A stretch of 34,650 bases of DNA. Origin: a virus. The notes below the pieces were generated by a model, which was not told the origin of the DNA, did not search any database, and saw nothing but the letters and a program-made list of their open reading frames with translations. The stretch is taken from IMG/VR virus record IMGVR_UViG_3300005747_000265; one strand, 5' to 3'. A program made the position numbers and the translations under genes. Shown piece after piece: positions 5,744 to 15,764 of this stretch. Positions within the stretch are counted from its first letter, which is position 1. The number at the start of each line of letters is the position of its first letter.

Positions 5744-8162
5744 TAAAATCTTTCATAGCCGTTTCGTCTTTACGATCACCAAAGATTAAAATATTATAAA
5801 TTCCTTTTTTATCAGTTACTATTTTTACTTTTTTTCCATTCTTAGTAACCTCTCCCCAAGCCCTTCCAAAATGCTTAACAGGATTTACCCATACTAAACT
5901 ATCTTTATTTAAATATTTAAAATAATCTGGTAAGTCAATATAATTTTTACCTTTTTTGCATTTTATTTGATATTTATATATATTTCCTCCTGCACTTGGA
6001 GTTTCTACAAAGTAATGTCTTAGTCGGTGAGTTTCTTTCTTTTTAGGATCAGGGTGTGCAATATCAAACGATCCTGAACCTTTGGATATTGAGCCAGTAA
6101 CTTGCAAGTTTCCATAAATGTAAGTAGTTTTATTGCCGTAGCCTTGGTTGTTCATCCGTATCATTAAGTTATCGTTGTTCCAACCCTGCTCGCAGGTAAT
6201 ATCAATAGCTCCGTGCACAGTGTTATAATTGGGGCTGCTGTTATAAGCATATTGATAATATCGTATCATACTATAATCCCCGCCTCTAAACCCTGTTCTG
6301 CGTGCAATTAAGTTGCCATTAAAAGTAATTCCTTCAAGTTGCGATTGACCAGATGCGTCAATGTATCTATTTGTGTTTTGGTTATCTACAAACCTATTTC
6401 CCCTAATGTCATTCGCTGTATAAATAAGTTTATTTCCGTAACATCTCATATAGGTTGAATCTTCCATATTCCAACCGCCCCCATGATTATCCCAATATAT
6501 ACCGCTATTTCCATTGACTCTGAACCAATCGCCCATAACCTTAAAACCGTTGCTTGCCTCAACTCTACCATTGTCAGTTACCAATAATCCTGAATTACCA
6601 GCGTCATTATATAGTTTTAATCCGTTGCCATCTACTGCTCTAATTTGTGAGCTAGCAATATACTTGCTAGCATTTTGTGTCCAGTCATTTTTTACATTAA
6701 TATTTTGAACGGCTGATAAGCCAACATTACCTTTCGTAATATTCATCGCTGTTTTTAGTGCTGCGACAGTTACATCTTCTACATCTCCTGAATTTGCTGA
6801 TAATCTGCCCTTTACCGTGCTTGTTGAGATATGAGCTAGTTTAGAGTTAGTTACTGACTCATCTGCTATTGATGAACTAGAATTATTATCTACATAAGTT
6901 TTAATTGCCTTGGCACTAGCTAAAGTATCATCATTGGAACTAACTGTTGTTAAATCTGTGTCAATAACAATATTTTCTACTGCTCCCGCGCCCGCTGTCG
7001 TTCTTCCTTTGACCGTCCCAGTTGCAACATGAGATAATTTAGCATCAGTTACAGCTTGATCCGTTATTGTTAAAGCTGTTGAGCCTGTAACATCGCCTGT
7101 ATGTGTTGCATTAGATATTTTTAAGTTGTTTATAGCTACATTAAATAAAACTGTGTCTAAATCTATTGCTTGATTTAAAGTAATATTATTTAATTTTGTA
7201 TTGTTTGTAGCTGTTAATAATTTATATGTCGCTGTTTGTGATACATCATCTAGTGTAAGCCCCCTAGCAACCGCTTGATTGCTTGAATTTCCTATAAAGA
7301 CATTACCTAGATTTAAATTTGGAACATCGTTTGTTCTTCCTGCACCACCCACCTTAATTGATCCATTAGACCCATGCACTCGCTGCACCTTACCAATATT
7401 CTGTATTTTTGCTGACTCGCCAGCAGGTTTAATATTTGTTAAAGCTCCAGAAGTTGAGATATATAAAATATCACCTAGAGTAAAACTGCTTGTGTTTAAT
7501 CCTGGTAAAGTTCCAAAAGTAACTACATTGACATTGCTATTATTGGAAGCTGTGTCTTTTGCCAATCCAAAGCATGGCATTTTATTTAAATCGTCCGCAT
7601 CTGCTATTCCTACAATCGGCTTATTGCCTGAAACATCAAAAGTTGATATATATAATGGGTCACCTTTCGTTATATCTTCTCCTGCCTTCGCTTGAAATTC
7701 TGTCGCTCCTCGTAAATCTCCTATTAAAGTGTTAGCTTCAATTTCTCCGTTAATATTTATATTACCTGTGCCACTAATATCATTAGAGTTTAAATCTAAA
7801 TTACCTCCCAGTTGCGGGGTTATATCTTCTATTACATCTGCTAATTTTGTATCTTGCAATAATTTACCTTGATTTGCTGATAGTGGTTTGTCTATGTTAG
7901 TTGAAACTAAATCATTAATTACATCAGTTGACTTTAACATATTTGTTAAATCTCCTAACCTTAACCAGCTTGACCCATCGCTATAATAGACCCCTGCGTG
8001 TTTTTTATTAATAAAAGCAACTCCAGAGTCTTTTAAAACAATATAAATATCGTTTGTGCTATTTATAGCAGGGGGTAATTGGGAAAAATATTCTACCTCA
8101 CCACTAATTAAAATCTGTGCTGATAATTGCGATTCTGTAATTCCTTTGCTTAATATTCCCAT
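5709..8162 (-). CDS. tail fiber / tail spike protein (817 aa)
   Basis: Ser/Thr/Asn/Gly-rich, with internal ~33-aa repeats (xSVTxxKLxHxxTxTVKGRxxxxxGxVE) and a globular C-terminal domain. It lies in the distal structural block. Confidence 0.7.
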   Translation of the reverse strand: MGILSKGITESQLSAQILISGEVEYFSQLPPAINSTNDIYIVLKDSGVAFINKKHAGVYYSDGSSWLRLGDLTNMLKSTDVINDLVSTNIDKPLSANQGKLLQDTKLADVIEDITPQLGGNLDLNSNDISGTGNININGEIEANTLIGDLRGATEFQAKAGEDITKGDPLYISTFDVSGNKPIVGIADADDLNKMPCFGLAKDTASNNSNVNVVTFGTLPGLNTSSFTLGDILYISTSGALTNIKPAGESAKIQNIGKVQRVHGSNGSIKVGGAGRTNDVPNLNLGNVFIGNSSNQAVARGLTLDDVSQTATYKLLTATNNTKLNNITLNQAIDLDTVLFNVAINNLKISNATHTGDVTGSTALTITDQAVTDAKLSHVATGTVKGRTTAGAGAVENIVIDTDLTTVSSNDDTLASAKAIKTYVDNNSSSSIADESVTNSKLAHISTSTVKGRLSANSGDVEDVTVAALKTAMNITKGNVGLSAVQNINVKNDWTQNASKYIASSQIRAVDGNGLKLYNDAGNSGLLVTDNGRVEASNGFKVMGDWFRVNGNSGIYWDNHGGGWNMEDSTYMRCYGNKLIYTANDIRGNRFVDNQNTNRYIDASGQSQLEGITFNGNLIARRTGFRGGDYSMIRYYQYAYNSSPNYNTVHGAIDITCEQGWNNDNLMIRMNNQGYGNKTTYIYGNLQVTGSISKGSGSFDIAHPDPKKKETHRLRHYFVETPSAGGNIYKYQIKCKKGKNYIDLPDYFKYLNKDSLVWVNPVKHFGRAWGEVTKNGKKVKIVTDKKGIYNILIFGDRKDETAMKDFNEYGIEYKNKK

Positions 8163-8163
8163 T

Positions 8164-8463
8164 TTAAAATAATATTGTTGCTACTTCATCTTTAGTAAAG
8201 ACATCGCCAGTATTACTGTAATCATCGTCTAAGTGATTTGTTTTAAATTGTATAGCAACAGACGCACCATTCCAGTTTGAACACATTGCTTTTATTCTCA
8301 TAGTTGGGTCTTTATCAACCGTGTTAGTATCTTGAATAAATAATTTTATATTAGAAGACGGAGTACCAACTATTTTAAATTTTAATTTTTCATTTTTATT
8401 ACTGTTAAATAAAAACTCTGCTCCAGATTCTGCACTGTCTATAACTTTTTTATATGTACTCAT
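8164..8463 (-). CDS. hypothetical structural-module protein (99 aa)
   Basis: ORF between the two fiber genes. No motif. Confidence 0.45.
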   Translation of the reverse strand: MSTYKKVIDSAESGAEFLFNSNKNEKLKFKIVGTPSSNIKLFIQDTNTVDKDPTMRIKAMCSNWNGASVAIQFKTNHLDDDYSNTGDVFTKDEVATILF

Positions 8464-8491
8464 CCTTATTTATTCAAATTTAACCAAATTA

Positions 8492-8998
8492 TTACGAATC
8501 TATTACACCACTAACAAAGCCAGGGCTAGTAGCAAAAGACAAATTCCAATCTATTAGATTGACTTCTTCTGTTGTCTGTGCGTCATTTATTTCTTTTATT
8601 TTAGTAGCTTCTTTGTTATACACTAAACTTCTTTGTGTTGCAATTATACCTACAAGGCTTCTTAAATCATTTACTGTCATTGTAACTGAATTACCATAAG
8701 CGTCTAACCAACTATAACTATCTTGATCTAATATTATTGCTCCAGTCATATTACTTACTGCTTTTTCGCTAGATATAAAATCTTTATTGTTATAGCTAAC
8801 ATTTAAATATAAATCTATTTCTTTAGCTGTTTGTATTTCTGTTGTTTTACTATTTTTAGCTTCTTGCAATAAATAAGTATCAATTTCTTTTTGAGTTGCC
8901 TCAACATATTGATCTCTAATGTTTTTACTTAATTGTAGATAATTATCTACTTCAAAAGTCTTAATGTCATTTGTTTGTTTGTTTTTTAAGTATATCAT
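8492..8998 (-). CDS. fiber-associated protein (DUF4376-like, weak)
   Basis: Start taken at ATG 8998, 2 nt after the upstream stop (the ORF track uses TTG 9019). The SWLDAYGNSVTMTVNDLRSL pattern resembles fiber-associated domains. Confidence 0.4.
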   Translation of the reverse strand: MIYLKNKQTNDIKTFEVDNYLQLSKNIRDQYVEATQKEIDTYLLQEAKNSKTTEIQTAKEIDLYLNVSYNNKDFISSEKAVSNMTGAIILDQDSYSWLDAYGNSVTMTVNDLRSLVGIIATQRSLVYNKEATKIKEINDAQTTEEVNLIDWNLSFATSPGFVSGVIDS

Positions 8999-9000
8999 AA

Positions 9001-10290
9001 TTATAAATATTCGATCCAACCGTCTAAATCCAAATCAACCGATGAAGGGCCACTGCCAGCAACATAGCCATGTTGGATATTAGAGCTAGAATCAGCCAAT
9101 ATTGGAAAAGGTGGAGTAATTGAAGATCTTGTAGCAAAAGCATTGCCAATAGCACCGCTTACAACTAGCCCACCCTCCAATTTTGACTTTACAGAATACC
9201 AAGAAAAAGCCCCACTATGAGCCATGGAACCAGAAAGTAGTGCGAAAGTATTTGGTGGGCAGTCTAAATTTAAATCTGTGCCTGCAGCAGGAGATGCCGC
9301 TGTGAAAGCTGCTATTTTAGTGGTATATATAAATCTGTAACCGCCACCAAAAAATGTATAATTACCGCTTCTAATATTTCCTGCTCCATCAGTAAGTATC
9401 GCTCCTCTATAATCTTTTTTAGTATATCCGCTAGGAAGTGTAGGACTTGAAAAACTAGGATCAAATCCTGCGTCTACAACTCCAGTGCTTAAATTTTCAA
9501 TAACAAAGCAATAGTAAAATGTATCCGCCGCAACTGAGCCAGTAAATAAACCCCCTGCATTATCTCCTTCCACCCAAGCCGCATCAATCTGCTTTGTTAA
9601 TGCTGTTGCTACCGCTTGACCTGAACCATCATCAAAATTAAAATTACCAGCCGTAAAATCAATATCATGATCTGCATCTGTACCATTTGAAATTGTTATT
9701 GAATTTGGTAATAATGATTGACCAGCTGTTGATGTTGTTGATGTTGTTACTGGATTCTTACCTATTAAAACAAAATCAGTTCCATCATAAATAACTTTAT
9801 AATATTGATCTTGCTGTAAATCTCCTGCTTCTAAGTCTATCTTAGAACCTGCTCCATCATATTTTTTAATGTTTTTAGCTGCTACCGCACTAACATTTAA
9901 AGTTGATGCTCCTGTATTATCTACATTAACTTTTAGGTTAAATTCTGATCCTGTAGCGTAGGCTTTGATAGCAGGTAATGGCGTTGCTGTGTAGGTGTCC
10001 GCTGAACCTCCAAGAGTTCCTAAAGTTCCAAATGAGTTATCTTGCACTTGACCTAAAGCAATTGAATCAGTCCTTGCTGAACCGTTAGCTAATGTTGTTA
10101 TTTTCTTACTATTAAAAGGTATGTTGGCTGTGATTGTTGTTTGACCGTCTTTTGCTATTGAGTTTGATAAACCTGTTGCAAGTCCGTCAAATTCTCCGTC
10201 CATTCTTGAGGCTTCGATGTCAATTCCATTTCCTGCATCTGTTGCCCAATTGTAAATTCTATTAAATGTTCCTGATCCGTTTCTTGGCAT
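9001..10290 (-). CDS. tail fiber protein (429 aa)
   Basis: The N-terminus MPRNGSGTFNRIYNWATDAGNGIDIEASRMDGEFDGLATGLSNS is the conserved virion-attachment type seen in podovirus fibers (from memory). The distal part is Gly/Thr/Ala-rich. Confidence 0.65.
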   Translation of the reverse strand: MPRNGSGTFNRIYNWATDAGNGIDIEASRMDGEFDGLATGLSNSIAKDGQTTITANIPFNSKKITTLANGSARTDSIALGQVQDNSFGTLGTLGGSADTYTATPLPAIKAYATGSEFNLKVNVDNTGASTLNVSAVAAKNIKKYDGAGSKIDLEAGDLQQDQYYKVIYDGTDFVLIGKNPVTTSTTSTAGQSLLPNSITISNGTDADHDIDFTAGNFNFDDGSGQAVATALTKQIDAAWVEGDNAGGLFTGSVAADTFYYCFVIENLSTGVVDAGFDPSFSSPTLPSGYTKKDYRGAILTDGAGNIRSGNYTFFGGGYRFIYTTKIAAFTAASPAAGTDLNLDCPPNTFALLSGSMAHSGAFSWYSVKSKLEGGLVVSGAIGNAFATRSSITPPFPILADSSSNIQHGYVAGSGPSSVDLDLDGWIEYL

Positions 10291-10310
10291 AATTTTATAA
10301 TTTATTTTCT

Positions 10311-10326
10311 AGGTTATGTAAAATTA
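10311..10326 (-). promoter_or_regulatory. late-gene motif copy (TAATTTTACATAACCT on - strand), with TTGACT 17 nt upstream of TAACCT
   Basis: One of four 16/16-identical copies. It lies 20 nt upstream of the fiber ATG (10290). Confidence 0.5.
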
Positions 10327-10335
10327 GTTTAAAAG

Positions 10336-10605
10336 TCAATTACAATCCCACCTTTTTAAAGCTAATCCTTTTCTAGTTAGTTTTCCATTTTTAGAAGTTG
10401 CTCCTTTCATTCCTGACATTCTGGCACAAAAAGACTTTCTTCTTCCGGCTGCTGTTTTACTTTTGCTTGCTTGCTTAGCAGTAACAGGTGCTTTTAAATT
10501 GCTTCCAGTTGCTTTGTTATACTTTGCTCTACCTTTGGCTGTCAATCCTCCTTTCTTAGATTTCTCTCCTCTTCCTACTGACAAATTAACTGATTTCTTT
10601 CTCAT
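10336..10605 (-). CDS. small lysine/arginine-rich protein (89 aa)
   Basis: About 26 of 89 residues are K/R (by eye), including GGLTAKGRAKYNKATGSNLKAPV...RRKSFCARM. It lies in the structural module. Confidence 0.55.
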   Translation of the reverse strand: MRKKSVNLSVGRGEKSKKGGLTAKGRAKYNKATGSNLKAPVTAKQASKSKTAAGRRKSFCARMSGMKGATSKNGKLTRKGLALKRWDCN

Positions 10606-10757
10606 TTCTTTTTGTATGGCTTAGCTGTTTTTTTAGCTTGTTTAAATGCTTTCGCTGTTGGTGCACCTTTAGCACCCTTTTTTCTCATAGTTTCGCCGCT
10701 ACCAGCTTTTATTCTTTTCTTTTTTGCGTGTATGTTTGCGTATAATCCTTTTGGCAT
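10602..10757 (-). CDS. small lysine-rich protein (51 aa), not in the ORF track
   Basis: Hand translation: MPKGLYANIHAKKKRIKAGSGETMRKKGAKGAPTAKAFKQAKKTAKPYKKK*. ATG is at 10755..10757. The TGA stop overlaps the next ATG (ATGA). Confidence 0.55.
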   Translation of the reverse strand: MPKGLYANIHAKKKRIKAGSGETMRKKGAKGAPTAKAFKQAKKTAKPYKKK

Positions 10758-10764
10758 AATTTAA

Positions 10765-12300
10765 TTAATTGTTGTTTAAAATAGGCGCTTGTATTAAAGG
10801 AGCTAAACCTATTTTATTATTTTTTTGTTTTGTCGTCTTTACTCCTTTAACTATTTCATTCATAAGTTTATCCGTTTTACGAGTTTGTATTTTCTCAGCA
10901 ATTTTTCGTGCTGTTTGAGTTGTAGCTATACCTGCAGCAGCTCCAGGAATACCACCGCCTGCAAAACCTAAACCACCCCCTATAAATCTATTTCCTAAAA
11001 TATTAAATATATTTTGCACTGCCCCAGTTTTAGCAACATCTTCTATAATCTTTTTTTCTTGAGAAGAAAACCCTCGAAGTTTTTTGTCATTATTTAAAAA
11101 TGTACTAAATTGTCTCTGTAAAGATTTTGCGGAGTTTTCAGCATCTAACCCCTTTCTTACCATTTTTTCTACTTGTTTCAGTTTTAATGATTTTGACCAT
11201 AGTTTTGTTGCATCTCTATAAGTTTCAAAACCCTTCCCCCTTCCTATTAAGTCTTGCGGTTTCGCTTCTTCGATAGAGCTTCTAATTACTTTTTGTATAT
11301 CCTGAAGGGCTTTACCGTTAGAGTCCACCTTACCAGTTGCCATATTAAAAGAATCGGCAATGTCATCAGTTAATCCTTGATCTAGTTCTTCTACTTGTTT
11401 TAATGTAAGTTTTTGATCTTTAAAAACTTTAGAAATGTCTTTTATTCTTTTGCTAGAAGATTTTTCTCCAAATATCTTATTAACAAGTGGATCTTTTTTT
11501 CCTAACTTTGATATTTTATCTATTAACTTATTGGTAAATTTAGAAGATAAGACCCCCCCTTCTTTTTCTGCTGTTTTATAAGATAAGCTTGCTAACTGTT
11601 TTAACTCATCGAAGTTAATTTTATTTAAATTTTTATTAGCTATAATTTTTAAGTCTTTTTTTGGTAAGATTTTTTGTATAGTTTTACCTGCAACATTTAT
11701 TGCCTTTTGACCTACTACCCCACCAACTGCTCCAGTTACAACACCAACTCCAGCTCCTTTAATTTTCTCTCCTTGTTCAGCAGTTCCTGCTCCATACAAA
11801 GCACCTGCTCCTGCTCCTGCACTTGCTACTGATAATTTCTTAGGTAAGTTTTGTAGTTTTTTTACCCCCATTGCCGCTTTTCCTGTTCCAATTGCACCAG
11901 CTATTTCCCCTGATAAAAATGTCTTTGGATAAGATTCTTTTGCTAAATTTAACTCTTTTTGAGATTTATCTTGCTCCATTTGATAAATTTCTTTTAAAGA
12001 TTTATCTGCTAGTCCTTTTGTATCGTAGCCTAACTGTTCAGCTAATTTTGAAGCTCCATAAATAAAAGGAGTTGTAATCCCAGATATTATTTCATCACCA
12101 AATCCAAAGGTAGCTCCCTGTCCAGCTCCTGCTATAGCCGCTTCTGGTTGAGTTATTGTTTTTTTATTAATTACTTTTTTTTGAGGTTGGTCAAATTGTT
12201 GTTGTGAAGCAAATTTCATTACTTGATCTTGTGTAGTACCTTCTGGTACTTCAAATTTTGCTATCCTTCCGTCTGGTAACTGTATTCTTGCTATTGGCAT
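10765..12300 (-). CDS. internal virion (ejection) protein candidate, 511 aa
   Basis: Gly/Ala-rich hydrophobic segments (GAGVGVVTGAVGGVVG, GGGLGFAGGGIPGAAAGIA) plus Lys-rich coils. It is the third of three large ORFs between the nozzle-like gene and the fibers. Confidence 0.45.
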   Translation of the reverse strand: MPIARIQLPDGRIAKFEVPEGTTQDQVMKFASQQQFDQPQKKVINKKTITQPEAAIAGAGQGATFGFGDEIISGITTPFIYGASKLAEQLGYDTKGLADKSLKEIYQMEQDKSQKELNLAKESYPKTFLSGEIAGAIGTGKAAMGVKKLQNLPKKLSVASAGAGAGALYGAGTAEQGEKIKGAGVGVVTGAVGGVVGQKAINVAGKTIQKILPKKDLKIIANKNLNKINFDELKQLASLSYKTAEKEGGVLSSKFTNKLIDKISKLGKKDPLVNKIFGEKSSSKRIKDISKVFKDQKLTLKQVEELDQGLTDDIADSFNMATGKVDSNGKALQDIQKVIRSSIEEAKPQDLIGRGKGFETYRDATKLWSKSLKLKQVEKMVRKGLDAENSAKSLQRQFSTFLNNDKKLRGFSSQEKKIIEDVAKTGAVQNIFNILGNRFIGGGLGFAGGGIPGAAAGIATTQTARKIAEKIQTRKTDKLMNEIVKGVKTTKQKNNKIGLAPLIQAPILNNN

Positions 12301-13412
12301 TATTCAATTCCTAAAAATTTGATTCCTGTTGCTGGAGTTTGTTTTGTTGTTTTTTTATTACTTAAAAACATTTTAACATCTTTTGCGATAGATTGTCTTT
12401 CATTTTTTTCTATCTCTGGTTTTTTTATCGCACCACCTTCTTTTTTCCATCTTTCTTCTTGGTATTTTCTCCAAGATTTTGCAAAACTCTCATTTGCTTT
12501 GTTTTTTTCTAATATTGATCCGTTTTCATTAAGCCAAGAAGATTGAAAATCTGGTTTTGATCTTAAAATATCAGAAGCTACCATCTTTCTTTTTATAATA
12601 TTTAGATTAGTTTCATTTTTCTTATCAGCACTAACATTTGTCTCTATTGCCACCAACAACTCTCTATTACTATCATTACCCCCAAATAAATCAAGCGTTC
12701 TTGCACCAAATTCTTTAGATATAGATTCTAATTCTTGATAATATTTTAAAGTGTCGGGATCAAACGCACCTGCTGTTAAAATGTTACCAAACTTACTAGC
12801 TTTAAATGCTACATTTTCAAAAGGTCCAGTTTTTAACTTATTGACCAACTCTTTTGCCCTACCTAGTAAAGGAGTTAAAGCTTCACTCGCTGCAGCATCT
12901 TCAAAAGATTTTTCTATTATTTTTTCGTCTAATTTAGTTCGTTTATCTCCAATATTTACAACGGTTTCAGGGCTTTTTATTTTACTCTTTAATTGTTCGC
13001 CTTGTGCAGTCTTTATTGGTTCTGCTGTTCCAGTTTGTGGATCAATCCTTACAAAACCCCCTTCGCCCTCTCTTATATCATATTTTGGTGCGGCAGGTGT
13101 AGTTAGTTTAGATTTAACAATTTGTTGAACAAAAGCATCTTGAGTTGCAGGAGACATTAAGCCAGCTAAGTCAGGAGATAAGCCTTGGCTTTCTAGCATT
13201 GCCCCCATCTTCTGCTTTCTCAATTCCTCTTGTTGCATTAGTTTATCTCTAGCTTTCTTTTCAGCAAAAGCACCTATTGCAGCAGTTCCTAGTTGTGCCG
13301 CTAATACTCCATAACCACCTCGAGGATCAAAACCTTCTCCACTTGTGGCAGATTGTCTTATTTGTCCTGCTCTCGCTAATTCTTGCTCTAGTAGTTTTCT
13401 ATTTATCGCCAT
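12300..13412 (-). CDS. internal virion protein candidate, 370 aa
   Basis: Called from position in the T7-like order. TAATG coupling to the neighbouring gene. No enzymatic motif seen. Confidence 0.4.
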   Translation of the reverse strand: MAINRKLLEQELARAGQIRQSATSGEGFDPRGGYGVLAAQLGTAAIGAFAEKKARDKLMQQEELRKQKMGAMLESQGLSPDLAGLMSPATQDAFVQQIVKSKLTTPAAPKYDIREGEGGFVRIDPQTGTAEPIKTAQGEQLKSKIKSPETVVNIGDKRTKLDEKIIEKSFEDAAASEALTPLLGRAKELVNKLKTGPFENVAFKASKFGNILTAGAFDPDTLKYYQELESISKEFGARTLDLFGGNDSNRELLVAIETNVSADKKNETNLNIIKRKMVASDILRSKPDFQSSWLNENGSILEKNKANESFAKSWRKYQEERWKKEGGAIKKPEIEKNERQSIAKDVKMFLSNKKTTKQTPATGIKFLGIE

Positions 13413-13425
13413 ATTCTTTTTTATT

Positions 13426-14232
13426 TTATAATGTTCCTATACCAGCACTTCCCATCTTTCCTAAAGCACCAATCATTGCATTTCTTTGGTCTGCTTTTCT
13501 TTGTTTTCTCAACTGTTCGCCTTCAAAAGCTCTATTTAATCCAGCTTGTTCTGCTCCAAATAAATCTAACCCACTAAAATTAGATTGAAATTGTTCAAAA
13601 CCTACTCCACCCACTTGTGCATTACCAAGTAAGGATGCTAATTCGTTAAACCTCGCTGATCTTTGAGCCTCTGCTGTCTGTACTGATTCAAAAGATAGTT
13701 GTTGCAACTGCCTACCTTGTGAAGATTCTAATCTGTTCAATTCTCTTGCGTATGCCTCACTGCCTGATGGTAAGCCTCTATCTGCCAAAGATTGCTCTAG
13801 TTGCTCTCTTTGTTCTGTAAAAGCTGGCTCTAGTAGTTGCCTGCCTTGTTCAAATCTTGCCTCAGGATCTGTATCAGATAATTCTACACCTTGTAATTGT
13901 TCTGATAAACTTCTTGCCAAACTTTCTTGCCTTCCTCTTTGTCCTGCTTGAAATTCTGATTCTTCGATTCTTACAGTATTTGTTAAGGGGTCGTAGATTT
14001 GTCTTCCTCCAGGACCTTCGATATTAGGATTATTTAATAATAAATCTTTTTGCTGTTCTGGTGATAAGTTTCTAAATAAATTAGCTGTCGCTATTTGTTC
14101 TGGAGTTGAGTTTGGTCTGCCCATACTAGCCATCCTGTCTCTTGTGTAGCTTGAATCAATGCCTAAAGCACCGCCGAGACTGCTTCCTATAGTTTTTCTA
14201 AATGTTTTTTTAAAACTACTACCAATTCCCAT
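13426..14232 (-). CDS. internal virion protein candidate, 268 aa
   Basis: Called from position. Gln/Glu/Arg-rich coiled sequence. Confidence 0.4.
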   Translation of the reverse strand: MGIGSSFKKTFRKTIGSSLGGALGIDSSYTRDRMASMGRPNSTPEQIATANLFRNLSPEQQKDLLLNNPNIEGPGGRQIYDPLTNTVRIEESEFQAGQRGRQESLARSLSEQLQGVELSDTDPEARFEQGRQLLEPAFTEQREQLEQSLADRGLPSGSEAYARELNRLESSQGRQLQQLSFESVQTAEAQRSARFNELASLLGNAQVGGVGFEQFQSNFSGLDLFGAEQAGLNRAFEGEQLRKQRKADQRNAMIGALGKMGSAGIGTL

Positions 14233-15764
14233 TATAAAATATTATTAACTGTTACGCTATAGTCAGTTCTATACCAACTAAGCTGTTGACCATTTAAGGC
14301 AACAAAAATTTTCATACCTAAAGCTACACCTTCACCAGAAGTTACAACTAATTCGTTCCTAATTGCACTTACAGGAGACCAAGGAGACCCCCAAGGAGAC
14401 CCCCAAGGAACGCCAGAGGAAACACTGCTTACATCTTGAGTTACTGCTCTTGCTCCATAATCAAAACTAATAGATGTGTTTAAAACAACATTACCATCAA
14501 CATTAATTATATTTCTAAATTCATTCACTACTTTTTCTTGTGGTGAACCTAAATCAGAATAAGCCGCCTGCACTGTGCAAGGGATATTATTACCATTATC
14601 ACTTAAGCCATCATCTGCTTTCATTATAGATCCATCTTCTCCAAAATACAAACTACTATTATACAATCCCCAAGTTCTTGCATTCATATTTGAAAACTCA
14701 AATCCTGCTCCTGTAATTGTATTTAGACCATATTGTTTGTAAGTTGAATTAGTCGCAACTGGTACATTGAAAAACAACCAACCACCTATTGAAGCCTTTG
14801 CATATAAAACAACCTCCCAACCATAATTAGAAGAATAAAAATTAGCAGAGTCTAAAGCTACACCTGATAACTTAGTTTGAGAAGTTACTGCCCCACCATT
14901 CTTAAATACTTCTGAAAAGAATACAAAGTCTGGACTTGTCATTATTGCAACATCTCCACCTACTTTTACAACTGATCTAACACTCAATGGAGATCCTATT
15001 TTATATATACCTATTAAATTCCAGTTGTTAGCATCAGAAGGGTCAGATCCATCATATAATATAGCAGTGCCACTAGACATGATAAATAAAGCATAGTCAT
15101 CAACTCCGTCTCCTCCATCGTGATTCCAAGTTGCCATAGCAATTAAATTACCCCCATAAGGAGCTATACCAGCAAGATCAAATTTAGTAAAAGATCCTTG
15201 TATTGCGTTTGTTGCTCCGTAAAAAAAACAAGAATCATCAGTTGACCAAGTATAAAGCCTATTTTTATGAACATTGCAACCATCTAATTCTGTTGCTGTT
15301 AATCCTGTACCGTTTATAGTTGAATTGCTTAAACTTGTGCCATTATATACTTGAGGAGTGTCCACTCCATTAAATAATAATAAATTGCCATTCATACTTA
15401 CTGTTTGCCATCTGGCATTTGCAAATCCTGATCCTAAGTTGGTTATTGAGGAGGGGTTTGTGACATCGTTTATTTCATCTGAATTTGCACAAATAAATTT
15501 CTTAATTGTACCATCTCTTAATTCTGCTAAAGTTTCTACATTGCCATTTAATCCTGTTGCGTATTCTGAATATCCTTTTCTTGTTACTAATTTACCTTGT
15601 GAAGGAAACCAATTTCTCATTTCTGGAGCGTCTGTAGCTTCCATTTGCGACAAAGAATCTCTACTATTAAGACCACCAGTTGGTGCGGCAACATTAGTTC
15701 TTAATGCCTGCCCTACTCGTTCTTGTTGTAATCCTGGATATTGTCTTAATATTTCTAATACCAT
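14232..15764 (-). CDS. tail tubular protein B / nozzle-like protein, 510 aa
   Basis: A beta-rich protein following the adaptor-like gene with a TAATG overlap. Called from position and size. It has a WGSPWGSPWSP mini-repeat near the C-terminus. Confidence 0.4.
   Translation of the reverse strand: MVLEILRQYPGLQQERVGQALRTNVAAPTGGLNSRDSLSQMEATDAPEMRNWFPSQGKLVTRKGYSEYATGLNGNVETLAELRDGTIKKFICANSDEINDVTNPSSITNLGSGFANARWQTVSMNGNLLLFNGVDTPQVYNGTSLSNSTINGTGLTATELDGCNVHKNRLYTWSTDDSCFFYGATNAIQGSFTKFDLAGIAPYGGNLIAMATWNHDGGDGVDDYALFIMSSGTAILYDGSDPSDANNWNLIGIYKIGSPLSVRSVVKVGGDVAIMTSPDFVFFSEVFKNGGAVTSQTKLSGVALDSANFYSSNYGWEVVLYAKASIGGWLFFNVPVATNSTYKQYGLNTITGAGFEFSNMNARTWGLYNSSLYFGEDGSIMKADDGLSDNGNNIPCTVQAAYSDLGSPQEKVVNEFRNIINVDGNVVLNTSISFDYGARAVTQDVSSVSSGVPWGSPWGSPWSPVSAIRNELVVTSGEGVALGMKIFVALNGQQLSWYRTDYSVTVNNIL

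Noticed and set aside
6514-7695. + strand ORFs 6514..6708 and 7279..7695 inside the 817-aa fiber gene
   Set aside because: They are antisense to a long, motif-bearing gene. Their low-complexity Leu/Pro/Phe-rich translations are typical of shadow ORFs in AT-rich DNA. They have no start context.
11871-13588. + strand ORFs 11871..12065, 12319..12546, 12751..13128 and 13277..13588
   Set aside because: All are antisense shadows of the internal virion protein genes. Their hydrophobic, low-complexity translations show no motifs.
14379-14409. A 12-bp x 2.6 tandem repeat (ccaaggagaccc) encoding WGSPWGSPWSP in the nozzle-like gene
   Set aside because: The repeat is real but too short to interpret. 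It is noted under the CDS only.
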